A program made the position numbers and the translations under genes. A stretch of DNA of 64,000 nucleotides from Camelus ferus (lineage: Eukaryota). The stretch is taken from positions 93,250,001-93,314,000 of the forward strand of contig NC_045696.1 in assembly GCF_009834535.1 (NCBI RefSeq). The letters run 5' to 3'. The notes under the pieces are model-generated. The model worked only from the letters and a program-made list of their open reading frames with translations. It was not told where the DNA came from and ran no database searches. This document shows positions 1 through 14,260 of the stretch, one piece after another; position 1 is the stretch's first letter; every line of letters begins with the position of its first letter.

Positions 1-235
1 CCTATCCTCTGGACCTCCTCTGTGCTGACTTTTCTTTGAAGTCAGCGGTAGACTTGTGGGTAGAAGGGCCATAGGAAACAGACGCACAACTGGTTGTAGT
101 TGTTTTTATATTTTCGCACTTTGTTTTGAATTACTCAGCCTCTCCACATAGCTACACCTGGCTCTTCAGATGTTTCCTTATCTGTGGGCTTCTGACTTCT
201 GAGTAAATAAATGTGGTTTAAAAACAAATAAAATG

Positions 236-394
236 GGGGACGGGTGGAGGGCATAGCTCAGTTGTAGAGTGCATGCCTAGCATGCGCAAGGTCCTGGGTT
301 CAATCCCCAGTACCTCCATCAAAATAAATAAATAAACCTAATTACCCCCCCCAATAAATTAAAAGATAATTAATAAATAATAATGACTGATAAA
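236..394 (+). mobile_element. tRNA-derived SINE (Vic-1-like, camelid type)
   Basis: A-box TAGCTCAGTTG, B-box GGTTCAATCCC, A-rich tail, TSD AAATAAAATG at 226-235 and 395-404. Confidence 0.9.
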
Positions 395-1579
395 AAATAA
401 AATGATTTCACCTCAATAAGTAAACATAAAAAATGGTGCAGTAAAAGCCAATGTATTGATATGGAACGCTGTCAGCCTGATGCTTGTAAAGCGAAAGAGC
501 GAGCATATTATGATTTTCGAAAATCTGTCCAAAAACATAAAGTCTAAAAGGCTTTTACAGCAGTTATAGCTGGGTGGAGGGATTATGAGTGTGTTTAATT
601 TTGTATTATTTGCTTATCTTTATTTTCCAATTTGTATTAGATGAACATAGGTTGCTTTTGCAATAAGAAAAAAGAATTTATTTTTAATTTTAGAAAACAG
701 TCACAAAGAAAAGTAATCTTCTATTAATAATGAGCTTATTTCTTATGAACGACAATTCTGAATGTTCTAGGCTGATAATAAATGGCACGCCATTTTCTCC
801 CTAACTAATCTCATAACAGTCTCCCAAAGTTATTTGACTACAGGAGTTTAAAATCAAACTCAACTACCATCTGGGACGTTATTAATTACTGTATTCATTA
901 CTGGGGTCTATTGTGTGGGTATGGATTAGGAGTTGCTGTACAAGCTGAGAAAATATTTGGAGTGCTTAAATCAGGCAGACCTATTTTGAATCCCTGAGCT
1001 TCCCCACTTTTTAGTTGTACAAGAATAAGTAACTTCCCCAAGATCAAGCAGTTAGTAAATGACGGAGGCCCAAGACTTGCATTTAGGTATGTGTGACTCC
1101 GAGCTCACCCTCTCCCCTCCATATTTTGGACACTGCAGGGGGACTGGGTGGAGAAGCAGAGCCTTGCACTCCCTCCCTTTCTCCTCCTCCGCTCTTCCTC
1201 AATTACCCTTTCTCATCCCCTTGCCCTGTCCTCTTCCTCACTTTCTTTCCTCCCTGCCATCCTGTCCCCACAGCTTCCCTCCGTCTCTATGTTAACTTTA
1301 TCACTAGCAACTAGTCCTGGGTCCAAGGGAGGGGGAAGCATCAGAATTTGGAGTCATGGTGGCCAGGAAGCAGGAAGGGGAAAAAACAGCTGACTTCATC
1401 ACAGCAGGGCAAGCAGACAGGAAAGGGGCACAGAGGCCATTCATACTCAGAGGCCATTCATACTCAAACGCAGGAGTGCAGCTTCTTGAGATGGACACAT
1501 AGCAGGGTTCTTGCCTCATCTGTCTCTGGACAGAACATGGATTACGGAGAGTGAAAATTCTCAGTGATGTGTTTTACAG

Positions 1580-1750
1580 GAGTACTTTTCAACCCTGGCT
1601 GACCATGTGCATCACCTCAGAAGACTTGTAAACATACAGATGCCAAGGACAGACCCCTGATCAATTAAATCAGAATCTTTCAGGTGGTCCAGGCATTATT
1701 TTCCAAGGCTTCCTAAGTGATTCTAATGTCCATCCAGGGGAGAACCATCA
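1580..1750. mobile_element. MER5-type hAT-Charlie MITE
   Basis: CAATTAAATCAGAATCT...GTGATTCTAATG...AGAACCA. Confidence 0.7.
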
Positions 1751-2639
1751 TATTAGACAACAGAGAAACCTGGGAAAATGAAAACCAGAGAATCTAATAT
1801 CAGAGAGTAAAGATGGTCTCATACTTAGGTGAATCAGGCTTATTTCTTCTTGCCTTTCCAGTGTGAATGGGCTTGTATCATGACGATTCATATTTCTAAG
1901 TGCACGTGTGCCCTCTGAGTCCCTGGCACAGTACTGCAGGGAGCCACACATGTGTCTCCTGTACAAGCCCACTCCCCCCAGGCCTCCACTCTGCTATACT
2001 GGCTTTGGCCTCCACAACGTCTTCCCTAGACCCCATCATAACCTCTGGGGCTGGAGCCGTGTGATGCAAGGAAAATGCCTCTCTTTCATCAGTCATTGTC
2101 TTAGAGGAGTCCCAAGGAGGGCTCATTGTGCCCCTGGGTGAAGAACTCTCTTAGATTTTATCTCCATGCTTCTCTCTCCCAAGAACAACAAGGACCAATG
2201 GGCCTGGTTTGGGGAAGACTATACTAGCAAAAACCGCACTGTATTCAGAACCACTTCTCTGATGGGAAAGGCTTCATTCAAGGGACATTTTTGCTGAACT
2301 GGATATTTTATTCCTCTAAGATGAGCTATCTCTATCTCAGGAGGCTCCTGGCCCTCTCAGGCAACAGACCAAAGGCACAACCACCAGACATGATTAGACG
2401 TGGTGGAATTCCAGCTACGCTGGAAACGTGCTACATGTCTACCTCAAGAAGGGGCAATCTTTGGTCTGCCTTTGAGTATCTATGGCTTCAAACATCTAAC
2501 AATCCCCCTTTCTTATCTGTATGCCATGCTTTCCAACATCAGTTGTTTGCTAACTGAAAGCAAAAATTTTGACACTATACACAAGAAATATTTCTACATT
2601 TATACATGTACATTTCATAGAAGCCACTTTTTCTGGTCC

Positions 2640-2656
2640 TGTGTGTGTGTTCATAG

Positions 2657-2692
<36 letters not shown>

Positions 2693-2700
2693 CTGTGTGT
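2640..2700 (+). repeat. Interrupted (TG)n microsatellite
   Basis: Seen directly in the sequence. Confidence 0.95.
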
Positions 2701-2916
2701 TAAAGAAATGTGTCAAGTGCTCCTGAGGAAACTGTCAGTAAAATAAGGGAAACCTAAAATAAATATTATTGCCACAAGCAGCAAATGAATGAACTGTAAG
2801 CATAAAGCTCTGTGCTGTGGCACTTTATTGTGGGTTTAATTTTATTTAATGTTAGTCCCTACTTAGTAGATCACCGATGCTTTCCTGCAAGAGTAATTAA
2901 TAGGAAATACAAATAA

Positions 2917-3508
2917 AGTTGATTTTTGTTATTTTATGGAGTTTTGTTCTAAAGCCACCACTGACACTGAATAAACACTGAATCATTGATTCTTGGCAAA
3001 ATACAGTGATAGGTTCCTGTGAGCCTCTGATCACGTGGTATTTTCATCAACTGATCAATAAATAATCTTGTTTTATGTGTGTTTCTGATTTAATATATAT
3101 CACTGATTCATGAACCTTGAAGTCATAGCTAAGAGCACAACTCATCTCTCAGTGAAGCTTATCCAACACATGTCTTTTCTCTGTAAGGTACATCCAAGCT
3201 TTCGGGTGCTTAGGAACACTAGATAGCACTTCAGCCCTAGGCTTGAGGGCAATTTAAAATAGTGAAATCACTAACAAAAAGCACGAAAAACATGGCGCTA
3301 AATGGACCGAGAAAAGGACCCTTGTTTACGATCTCCTGGTTGGACCTCAGCTGGGTACACGTGTGCAGGGTGATGGAAATCTTTCATCAATCTGTGTATG
3401 TAAATGACCTCGAAAGCACTGTGAGTATTGATTTTGGGGTGACAAACAAATTTTAAGTCGGCAGACGAATTAACAAATAGGGAATTTGCAAAGATTAGGA
3501 TTGACTAC
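2917..3508 (+). mobile_element. MER82-like TcMar-Tigger DNA transposon fossil
   Basis: AGGTTCCTGTGAGCCTCTG...TTTTCATCAACTGATCAATA...CTTGTTTTATGTGTGTTTCTG motifs. Confidence 0.75.
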
Positions 3509-6500
3509 ACTTTTGTCCATTTCTTCTTTGTGGCTTTTAAAAAATATCCAGGAAAATGTACAACACAGGCAACAATACTAAGTGAGAATGGATTCAAGTC
3601 ATTTCTTTCTCAGTTACTACTGTAATTAAAGAACTGCTGGCCACTATATATTTTAGTGTCGAACACAGATTAGGCATCTGTTTACAACACACATGCCACA
3701 CACCTGGCTGCTCGGTAAAATTTCTTCACTGGCTATTCTTGCCCTGCATAGATGTAAGGTTTAGGGAAACCTTTATGAACAAAACTGTTTTCAGCTTGTT
3801 CTCTCCCAACCAGCCCAAGCCCTTGGTTTTTTGCTCCCAACCACACAACACTTTTCATTTTGGTATCTGGAAAATCACTATAATCATCAGCCTGGCCTCT
3901 GACTGTTTTGGAAGTGCCTAGAAGAGGTCAGAGCAATGCCCGGGCACCCAGGGGCAAATGCTCTTCTGAAGGCGTTAGGACATCCACTTCTGACCCAGCC
4001 TCCTGTCCTCAGTGTTTGCTTTATTAATAGATACCAAGCTTGATGTTACCTACTAGGCAATTTTTGACACTTTAAAAATCTCCTTTGACACATTCTGGAA
4101 GTTCTGCTGATCTCATTCCCCTGCTGCCGCCCTCCTCCCACTATCCCTCAACCAAAATTAAGACAAAGTCAGAGCGTTCTGAAAGAACACAAGGAAAATG
4201 CAATGCAATCACAACAGGTCACAAAGGACTCCATTCAGAAGGCGGCAATGTGGAAACTAGAATCTGGGGGACCATTCCTGAAGAGAAAACGACTGAAAAT
4301 TCGCAAGCACACAGATTAATGCTAATAAAAACCAAGCAGTTTTCATTACAAGCCTTCCGGATTCTTCCACAATCTGGCTCCTCACTTTTAAATAAAATCC
4401 CTGTTTCAAGTTGCTTTTGTGATGCCTTGGTTGAAGAAAGGTTGGGGTTGGGTTTGGGGAGCGCCCAAGGCAGAATGTAATCTGGACTGCTAGTTATCAT
4501 GTAGTCAAACACTGTCAACCACTGGTTAAGTTCCAGCTAAGCCAAGGTTAAGTCTTGCACTAGTCTAACTGGTCAGCATCAAGAAAAGCTATCTCTGTAC
4601 AACTGTTCAGAAACTGTCTGTGGATTTACATAAGTAGATCTGAGAGAAGATTCCAAGATAGTGAATTTTCTCTGTAGAGCTGCAACTCTCAGGAAAGGAA
4701 ACCTATTTTTTTGTGTGTGTTTTAGTTTGAGGAATAGTTAGTTTATAATTATATTTCATATACACATGTGACCAAGTCACCTTGAAGGCATAGGCACAAA
4801 CACACACCCACACCTGCACCCACATAGGCACAAGCTACACATAGTTAACCCCAAATCCATTTGCTATCAGATTTACAGAGAAACTATCAGATTTATACAC
4901 AGAATGCAAACTGGAGGATTTTCACTAGGGTTTAGTCAAAGACGCCCAGGTCTTTATCATCATAATAAAAGTCAACATTTGACGTATGTCGGGCACGAAG
5001 CACTTACTTCACACAAGCCACTTTTCTAAATTCCTTAACATTTGTTCTCGTTTAACTCTATACGGTAACAATATTTTTTATTATCAGAGCTCTTATTTAT
5101 TGAGCTGTAGAAATTGAGGATTAGGAATTTGCACCCAAAGTCACACGGTTGGTAAGTAGCAAAACTGAAGTCTGACCTCAAGCAGGCTGGTGGCCACAGT
5201 CTGAGCTCTTAATGATGATGTTAAACTGCTTCTCTGGCTAATTATTTTTCTTCCTGATAATATCTTCCCATTGTTCTATAAATGAACATGTTACCTCTAT
5301 TTGAAGGAAATCTAGGCATCAAATGGTTACACGCCCAAGGTCACCAAGATGACTTTCTATAGAGCCTAGGTCTAATTTTAAGCTGATGTTTTTCTACAGT
5401 ATCAACCTGCTGTAACTCCAAACAACATTTTAAAAATTTTGGAAGCTCCACACAGAGAGAGAATCCAAATTAAGTTATACAGCAACCACTGGTTTTGTTT
5501 TGTTTTTTGATGCCCAATTAAGATTTTAATTGCTCCATAGCATGAGTACAGCTACATAAATTTTTTACCTTGTTTGGCCCTAGATTTTAGAACTTGTTGA
5601 AATAATTACAGAAATCTCAAGTCTAATGGACCCACAATAATAATTTCTAGTTGGCTTTCCCCAAATTAGTGAAATTCTTCAGCCTTATCTCATAGCCCAT
5701 TTAAATGAATGGCTCACAGCCAAGAGAGGACAGTCAATAATTTTCCAGTAGGGAATTCCTCCAAAATTCACAACCAAAAATATGTTCTCTTAACAAATGA
5801 AAGCCCTAAAAATGTGTTACAGTTAAGTGAAAGTGCCCTACATCTAAAAATAAGATTTATTCTTCAGGTCCAATTTGCATTTTAAATCCTGAAAGATTCT
5901 TTGCTGCTAAAAAGCTATTAGAGATTATACTGTAATTTGAATACAATATATCACTTAAAATAAATTATTAGAACTGCATGTTGATTATAATGTTAATGAA
6001 TAATAATGTTCCTTTCTCAGGGAAAGATATAGATGGTTATGAAAAGGCTACATTGTTTCCTTAGTAACACTCATCAGGTAGACCCCAAGTTCTCTGGACA
6101 CTCGCGGATGTCTCTGAAGAGGAAGCAATGAGATTACCAACCCATGTTTCTCTCATTTAAACATTTTGTTATTTTGGACCATGCTGTTGAAAAAAATGAT
6201 CAGTCCAACTTCAGTAATATGTAATTACTGAGACTAACTCAAAACATTCTGCCTTTGCATCAATTTTGGTTAGGGAGTGGTATAAAAAGATCACAGCAGA
6301 AAGACAGGCTGGGTAATCAGTGCTTCTTAGAATGCTGCCTAAAGTGAAGTCAAAATTGTGAAAAAGGTCTTCTCTAGTGGGCACTGTTACATTTAGTACG
6401 TATTCACAAACAGCCTTTAGCTGACACAAGGTAGCACTGGGCTCCACATGTTTAAACTTTTTAATGATTAAATATCTCTTTTCTATGATAGAAGACCCAG

Positions 6501-9500
6501 AGGATTATGTTACATCATTTGCCTTCTCCAAAAAGATTTTCTCTTTGTAGACCATGAAAAGACTGAAACTTTTTATCTCATTTCGACAACTCTTTTCGAG
6601 TATTCCTACATGTCCGACCTATTGAGAACTGAGCATGTCATGAGAACAAACGTACGATCCCTGCCCTCACAGAATTTGTAGGGTTTCCTCTGACACAAGA
6701 CTGTTTCTTTCATAATGCACATGAACTCCCATAATGTAACTATATCTAGAAATAAAGGGTTGGTAGGCTTGGTTCTCATTTTCAATTCCCAAACTTACCC
6801 AGTATTCAGCTGACAAGCAAAGGTTCTATTTTCTGTAACCGAGAGGCAAGGAGTCACTTGCAGGGTGCTTCTATAAATGAGCTTATTATGCATGTGTGTG
6901 TGAGCTGACCAGGAGTTTGAAGGAGCGTGCTACGAGTGAAGCGACCGCAGCTAGAGGAAACTTCGAGGATGATGGTTGAAATACAGCAACACTTAGCCAA
7001 GCAGAGGCACCCAAGAGAAGGCAAGCAGGGGACCTCATTAAAGGAGAGCAGAGATGAGTTACTGAGAAGGCAGAAGCTCCGAGAACCGGAGCTGGGAAAG
7101 AAAGAACAGACTTGTGGAGATTTCGGTCACAGGGAGCTGTAAATGCTTAACTGAGTAGGAAATTAGTTGAACATTTTTCCTGAAATAGGCAAAGAGTGGG
7201 AAAGAGAAACACACACAGAAACTGTTTCCTTGTTGACCTAGTTCTAGCTTAGGAGGGGAGCATTAGCAAGGTAAATTAAACAAGCAAGAAGAGAGTCATT
7301 GACTTTGCTGCTAGCAAAGGAGAAGGATCAGAGGAAACTGCTAAACCAAAGGAGACTTGACAGAGAGATACAGAGCGGAGAAATCTGATTTACACAAGCG
7401 GGACAAAGCTGGAATGAGAACACTTCTTTGCTGCATTTCTGTGTATCTGGTGCCCTGACAAACACCTTGCCCAGACAACAGAGATTTTGTGACCTCGAGA
7501 TAAGGAGCCTAAGAATAAATATAAACAATGAATAAAATATTCATTTATTCAACCAATATTTATTGACAACTTACTATGTGCCATGCACCTTGCTAGCTGC
7601 TGGAAACACAATGATGATTAAAACAGAAATAGTTATTACAAAGGGCAAAACTAGACATTGGGATGACTACAGGTGAGATGTGAGTTATGGGTACGGGTAT
7701 AGAATGCACTGGGAGCAAAGGAGAAGTCTGCTAGGCAAAGGCAGAGGAGAGAAGAACGTTTCCTTCATTCATTCTTTCAGCCATTCAACAAATATTTGAG
7801 TCAGGTACCAAGCTGTGTTCCAGGCAGGGAAGGTGGGTGACAGCCTTGACAGAAGAGGCAAGCAAAGGAGGACTGGTGTGTAACTGGCTCTCAGTGTGTG
7901 TGAAAGGTAAGTCATTCTCTGAAGGAAGGACACAGGATGAATCAAGAATGAAGAGCTGGACTCCCGAGGCCTCAGCATCCCAGGAGGAGCCCTGCTTGTC
8001 TCTGACTGGTGGAAATAGACCTGTGGGAACTAACAAGCAGGGGCTCAGCCTGTCACCCTGTCCAGGTTAGGGGAGGGATCTGATCCTGGGAAAGAGGACT
8101 GGTTTACTTTTGCTGAGGAAACAGCCAGGCTTGTCCTAGAAGTCCTCATACTGGGCATCTCATAGAAGCGGTTTTCCCTTTATCCTCAATCTATCTTTAT
8201 GGCTGATCAGAAAGTTCCAAATCATCTCTTCAACACATGCGCTTGCCAAATCGACTTAGGCTTTTCTGAGCACTTGCTTGGACAAGGTTTCTCCATGAAT
8301 CCAGATGGAGTTCTCCTGGACTGCAGATGCTCAGTTGCCGGCCAACCTCTTCTGTAAGGTTCGCCATCCTGGCATCATTTGTATGACCGTATGGCTGGGT
8401 GAGAGATGGAAACTCAGACCACCAACCACGCATTAAATTATCAGTATGAGATCCGTGGTTTCTAAGAATTAACTCAAAGTATATTTCCATGTAATCCACA
8501 GACTATAAAAGCAATAACTGTAGGTACACCCTTCACCCAGAGCAACGATTCTAATCCCAACACCTTGCACAAGACTGGTCCATAATAGACACTTCAAAAG
8601 AATCCTTCATTCTCAATTAAGTCTTTTGGTAAAGTTTCCATCTGTTAGTTAAAAGCTTTAAAAACCACGCAGGTACTGTTTCAGCATCTTGAAATATTTT
8701 GATACTAGCTTCTTTTTCCTGTTACTACATTTGAATTAAAAATGACTTTTATTGTTCATTAGAAGTCAGATAGGCAATATCTGAAAAATTTTGAACTTTC
8801 CACACATAATTAGATTTTCTTGTATTTAAATAAAACAAGACAAAAAACTGATTCCTCCCTCCTAAGTTTTTAAAATTAATAGGTATGGTTGGCTGATGGT
8901 TGAAGGAAAAGCAGGATCCTTGACTTTCCGTGTTAGCATACAAAACTAGTGAGAAAATGTTTGTCACGTCCAAAAACTGGGCTCAGACAGAAGCTGTCTG
9001 AGTCAGTCCAGTGAGAACACAAGGGACCAGCAACAGAGAGCAACAGAAGAGAGCTACACATGGACAAGGACCAGCAGGCAGCTGTGATGAGTACAAGAAC
9101 CAGCAGACAGTGTGTGGTGATCCAAGAAAGCTCTTTGGGGTCTGGTAAAGGTGATGAGGTTAAGAACTGAGCTGGGTTTCAGTCCCAGAAGAGAGGGAAG
9201 AAAAAGGGGAAATGCAACTCCCAGAACTGGGGAATGAGCCAGAAGTGTGGTCCCAAGGGACAAGGTAGGAATCCGCTCACCAGAACTGGGGTGACAGGCA
9301 GTGAGACTGACTGCGTATGGAACCAGAGCCACTGACTTCGGCCATAGTCAGTGCCCGGGCCTGGAATGGGGCTGATCCTTGCAACAAGGGTCTCCATGGA
9401 ATTCAAACAGTTTGAAAGCTTTTCCAATTTTCCCACTTCTTTTGTTTTAATTTTATTAACACAGTTATTGAAGTACAACATGGAAAGTTTCACAGCATCT

Positions 9501-10999
9501 GTAGCTGCTATCTTATATTTTCTTGTAGTTTCATATTTGCAGGGGTATGAGTTTAAAGGGATGTAAACTCACAGATTTCACCTGTGCCATTTTTTTCTCA
9601 ACATATTGTCATTTCCTTGCTACAGAATATTATATACAGCACTTCGAGAAATTGTCTGCTGTTAATGACTTTTTGAACATTGTTTTTTATATTTGCTTCA
9701 TTCAAATAAAATTAAATTATTTCTCTGAACAAATACAATTATTAATATTTCGCTTCTTGGCTTCCAAGTCAGTGAAACCATTATTTGCTATCTACATGTG
9801 TTTGGGGATAATGAATTCATTTTGGCTTCAGACTGGCAGAAGTATCAGAAACACCCTCATTTCACTCAGCTGATTTCGTTATACCACAAAATTAAACCCA
9901 TGGATTTAACAAAACTTTCTTTTCCGGAAGTATTTTCAAATAACTACTAGATCTTCAAGCACATCTTATTATAAGTCTTTAATGACTTGTGAGTTCTTTA
10001 AGTAGTAATTTCTTTGAAGTTCAAGAAAGCCTTGATTAACACAGGGAACTACTTACAAGATGCAGCCTGGGCTGTACTCAGTATTTTGTAGTTGGCTTGC
10101 TTGGTTTTGCTTTAAGCATTAAGCACATAGAAACAGATGCACTGCTGGCTATTGGTTGCTTGTTAATTGATTTCAATTTGACTTCTCAATCAATCTAGTG
10201 TGCGCTGAGGACCAAATCCCTTTTTATTAGCTTCCCAGCAAGGTACTGCCACTGTCAGACTCCTCTGGATTGACAAATTTTTTTAAAAGACATTTGGTGT
10301 CTGAACTGTGACAGTTCTGTATGGGTTTTGTTGTTGTTGTTAATTTTGAAGGAAGATCATGCCTCTGAGAAATGTTTAAACAAACTTTTTGTTTTAAGAT
10401 GAGAACTCACTGATTCACTTTGAGTTTTTATCTAGGCTGGTGCAAAAATAAATAAAAATGAAGTCATGAGTGATTCTAATTCCATCAAATGGAGTTACCC
10501 AACAACACATCAGACAGGTGGCCCTCCAGCACCTCCTCTCGCTGGCTGCTGTTGACCCATTCGAGTAACATAGTCACATATGACAACACAGGTCGAAAAC
10601 CCCAACCTGCACGAACTAATGTCTAGACTAGGTGGCACATCCTATGATTCTAGAATCTGACTCTTGTCAGCAAACACTTAACCTCCATTCAGAAGGATAG
10701 CTCCTGCAAACCTCTCTCTCTACAGAAGGAAAGACAGGGCTTTGGGTTGTAGGAGGAAACAGAATTAGAAGAGCATCTCTGGAATCATGTTGGGCAAAAA
10801 TGCCTTTATTAAGCCCTAAGCCTACTCACGGGATGTTCCTCCAGCTCCCTGCTTTAAGGGAAACCCCTCCTCCTGAAGCGCTCTCTCCCTCAGCACTCCA
10901 TTCCACTAAAAGATAAAACCAGCCTTCTGCCACCACTCCGTGCAGCCTCCAGATCACCCCTCTCCACCGTGTCTGCTGAGGCTTCTGCTAGTTGACCAT

Positions 11000-13690
11000 T
11001 CCCGCCTCAACTGCTTTATCTGTCGTCTACTCACTTCCTAGACACTCAACTCATCTTTGTTTACTAAAGACTCTGACACCTCGGTCAGAGTCCTCCCTTC
11101 CAGAAAAGTTCTACCATCCTCCCAGGTAACATCAGGGACTGTGTGGACAATCTCCACCACACTCTAGGTTAAGAATTTCTTAACCCTATGAACCCCCATG
11201 ACCACAGCTCCATTCCACCTCAATATGTGCATGTCCATGGTAACACTTTGATGCTGTTATCACCCAGAGTAGTTTGACCTTTGAAATCTTCCACTTGAGT
11301 AGCCTACACTTGTGCCTTCCCATCCTTTGGAGTTTTTTCATTTCTTTGTTCCTTCTGCACCTGCTCTTCAACTTCACTGAGAATTCTCACTTCAGGCCCG
11401 CTCTGTTCTTCCTTGGCCTTTCTTTTATCTTCTATCCAGCCTACCTCCCAAGGTGCCATCCTTTAAACCACCATCTCACCAAAGTAACTCATGCCCTGGC
11501 CCCTGCAAACGAGCCTACCCTGAATCTTCCCAGCTGCCTTCCTTTTCCCTTCCACCTCTAGGCTAAGATAGTTAAGAATGTTTTTTATAGATTTATTGAT
11601 CGACTTGTTTTATTGTCTGTCTCCTTTTTCATTGTCAGCTCCTTATGAGCAGGGACCTGTGTTGTACACTTTTGCATCTGAAGCAACTAGAGCAGTGCTC
11701 AATAAATATCTGTGGAAGATATTACCGGTGATGCTGGGAAAACCCCATAACTGCCTGGCCGAATGCCATTTCAAATTATGACGTTCATCTTCAACAGGGC
11801 CATCAATTCTGTGCTCAGCCTTTCCATGTGGCCCTGTTTAGCCTTCCCTTCCACTCTGCACACAGCCCCTTCCCAGCTTTCCATACTTCCCCTGCTTCTC
11901 TGCCAGCTCACTCCCAGGAGCAGATTCTACCTCTTGCTTCACAGAGAAAACAGAAGTAACTAGACGATGAGCCACATGGTTTCCCAGCCTTCCCAGCCTC
12001 CAACCGTACTTGCATTCAAATTGTCATTGTCGCTTTCCCCCTGGTAAGAGAGGAAGAGGGGGTCCTCCTCTGGTTAATAGTAGTCCTGCCATCTTTTCTC
12101 TGGATATAGCCTCTCTAATGCCCCCAGGAACAAGATCCAGCAGTTTCCCATCTGAAGACTACCAGCTGAATCTTCAACCTCCTCCTCTCCACTCTCATTC
12201 CTCTCCCAGCATTTAACTCCCAATAATCAGACTCTAATTTTTAATAATAATTACACTCTTTTCCTTTTGCTTCAGGGATTTTACACTTTACTGATTTTCC
12301 CTCTACCCCTCCTTCCCTGACTACGCCATCTCAGTCTCTTTTAAAAACCTCCATTGCCTTCCTGGGAAATCTCAACCACCTCATCCTTATTCTAATGACT
12401 CCTCAATCCTTATTTCCAATCCAGACTTCACTGCATGGAAGACTCACCAGTATCTCAAACCCACACTGTTTCAATGGAAACTTTTCACTGCACTGGCCCC
12501 AGTCTAACCAAGTCAGCTCCTCCTCTGTGTTCTCGGGCTCAGTGAATGGCAACACTAACCACCCAGTTTCCCAAGCCAGAAACTTGAGTTACACTTTACT
12601 CACTCCTTTTCCACGACCTCACACATTTAGGTAAACACTATGCCTTATGAACTCTACCCCCTAAATATTTCTCAAACCTATCTATTCTCTCCACCCTGTC
12701 ACCATTCACATCCAGGCAACCACTAGCTCTCATCCAGAGAAGTGGGCAGAAGCCTAATGTCCTCCCCACATTCATTCTTCAGTTACAGTCAGTGATCCTT
12801 CTCAACAATTCTGATCAAGTCATGCTTCATCAAAAACCCTTCCTTCTGTAACTTCCCATTGCCATTAGTAAAAGGTTCAAACACCTTAACATGGACTAGG
12901 AGACCCAGTTCCTGCCTATCTCTTGTGCCAACATTCAAAACTTGCCCTCCTCTTACATCCTCATACATGCTGTCTGTGACTGAGCCCTCTAGCTGTTCTT
13001 TCAGCTCCCCGACCTTGCCAGGCTCTCCTTCACACCTGGGACATGGAAACAGTATTCCCTTGAACAGGTAAATCTTTGCCTCCATTTCACCAAAGGTGAA
13101 GCTTGAGAATGCTCCACCTTTGCTTAAAATCCCTTAGATGCTGCTCCCCATATGTATTTTTTCATTTTTCTATAGACTTTAGGTGGGATTACAGCCTGCT
13201 GCATTCCGCGTTACATGGCAGCCACCATGACCCACTTGCAGATCCTCCGCTCACCCAGCCTTTGCATGCATCTGGCACGAGCCTGTGCACATGCCGCCCT
13301 CTGCTCCACTGGCCTGGCCTCCTCTGACTAGCCTTCTGAACTCAGCAGGCGGCGTTTCCTCTTGCACATGCTTTCCTGGCCCTGTTACAATCACTCCAGC
13401 TACCAATCTATAATGACTGACGTGGTTTACGCGCTCTGTTCTCAGAGTGCCTGTAGCATACTCTGCTCTCTGGCACAGCACTTACCCAAACCATATGGTA
13501 ATTTGGTTTATTCGTCTGCCATGCCAGCCAGACTATCACTTTCCTGAGGGCAGGGAGTATCTTAGTTCACACCCACAGTGTCTAGAAAAGTGCTCAATGT
13601 TTAGAAGGTGTTCAGTTAATGTTTTTGGAAAATACAAATGAATGAGTGAATGAATGAATGAATGAATGAATGAATAGATGAATGGATGAG
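11000..13690 (+). mobile_element. L2 LINE fragments (at least two 3' ends)
   Basis: C/T-rich L2-like body, with tails CTCAATAAATATCTGTGGAA (~11700) and (TGAA)n (13639-13685). Confidence 0.72.
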
Positions 13691-13999
13691 GAAAGATGCT
13701 GTTCTGAAGTCTCTATGAAAACATCCATGCCCGCATTCTACTGGGGAAATTCAGGGGGCCAGTCCAGGCTTAGTGTTCCATTATCAGCAGAAAAACGGGC
13801 CCCATGTCCCTCTGCTCTTAGTTTTCACTAAGTAGTAGTCTGAAATTGCACCTGTTAAAGCATCAGTTGGTTAACATATACCTTCCTTTAAAATGCAAAT
13901 GTCCAGGGAATGCCTACATACCTTAACATCAATTTGTTTACTTAAATTCCTTTTCCTCCCAACACTTACCAGACACCACTCGGCTGAGGGAATGGGGAC

Positions 14000-14260
14000 T
14001 TTGAGTGTCAGGGAAGAGACAAAGTCTGGCATGGGTGTATTTAAAAAGTTTCCCAAATTATCCTAATAAGCAGTCACAGTTAGAATCACTATTCTTCAGG
14101 GCTTCTCCAACTTTACTGGACACACTACTTTCCTGGGGACTTTACTAAAAATGCAGCTGCAGATTCAACAGGTTGGAGGTGGGGCCTGAGGATGTGCATT
14201 TTTGCAAGCTTCCAGCTGTGCCAATGCTGCTGGTCCAAGGACCACACTTTGAATAACAAG
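14000..14260. mobile_element. MER5A/MER5B-type MITE fragments
   Basis: GGTGGGGCCTGAG...TGCATTTT...GCTGCTGGTCCAAGGACCACACTTTGA. Confidence 0.72.

Noticed and set aside
236..320. tRNA gene-like sequences (also at the other seven SINE heads)
   Set aside because: They have A/B boxes but are followed by A-rich tails and often TSDs, and lack a proper acceptor stem, so they are SINEs rather than tRNA genes.
10624..10640. CTCF-like motif ACTAGGTGGCAC
   Set aside because: Lacks the leading CC of the core; a single partial motif is expected by chance.
13219..13232. Near-perfect Kozak GCCACCATG
   Set aside because: Lies within an intronic L2 relic with no supported exon or meaningful ORF.
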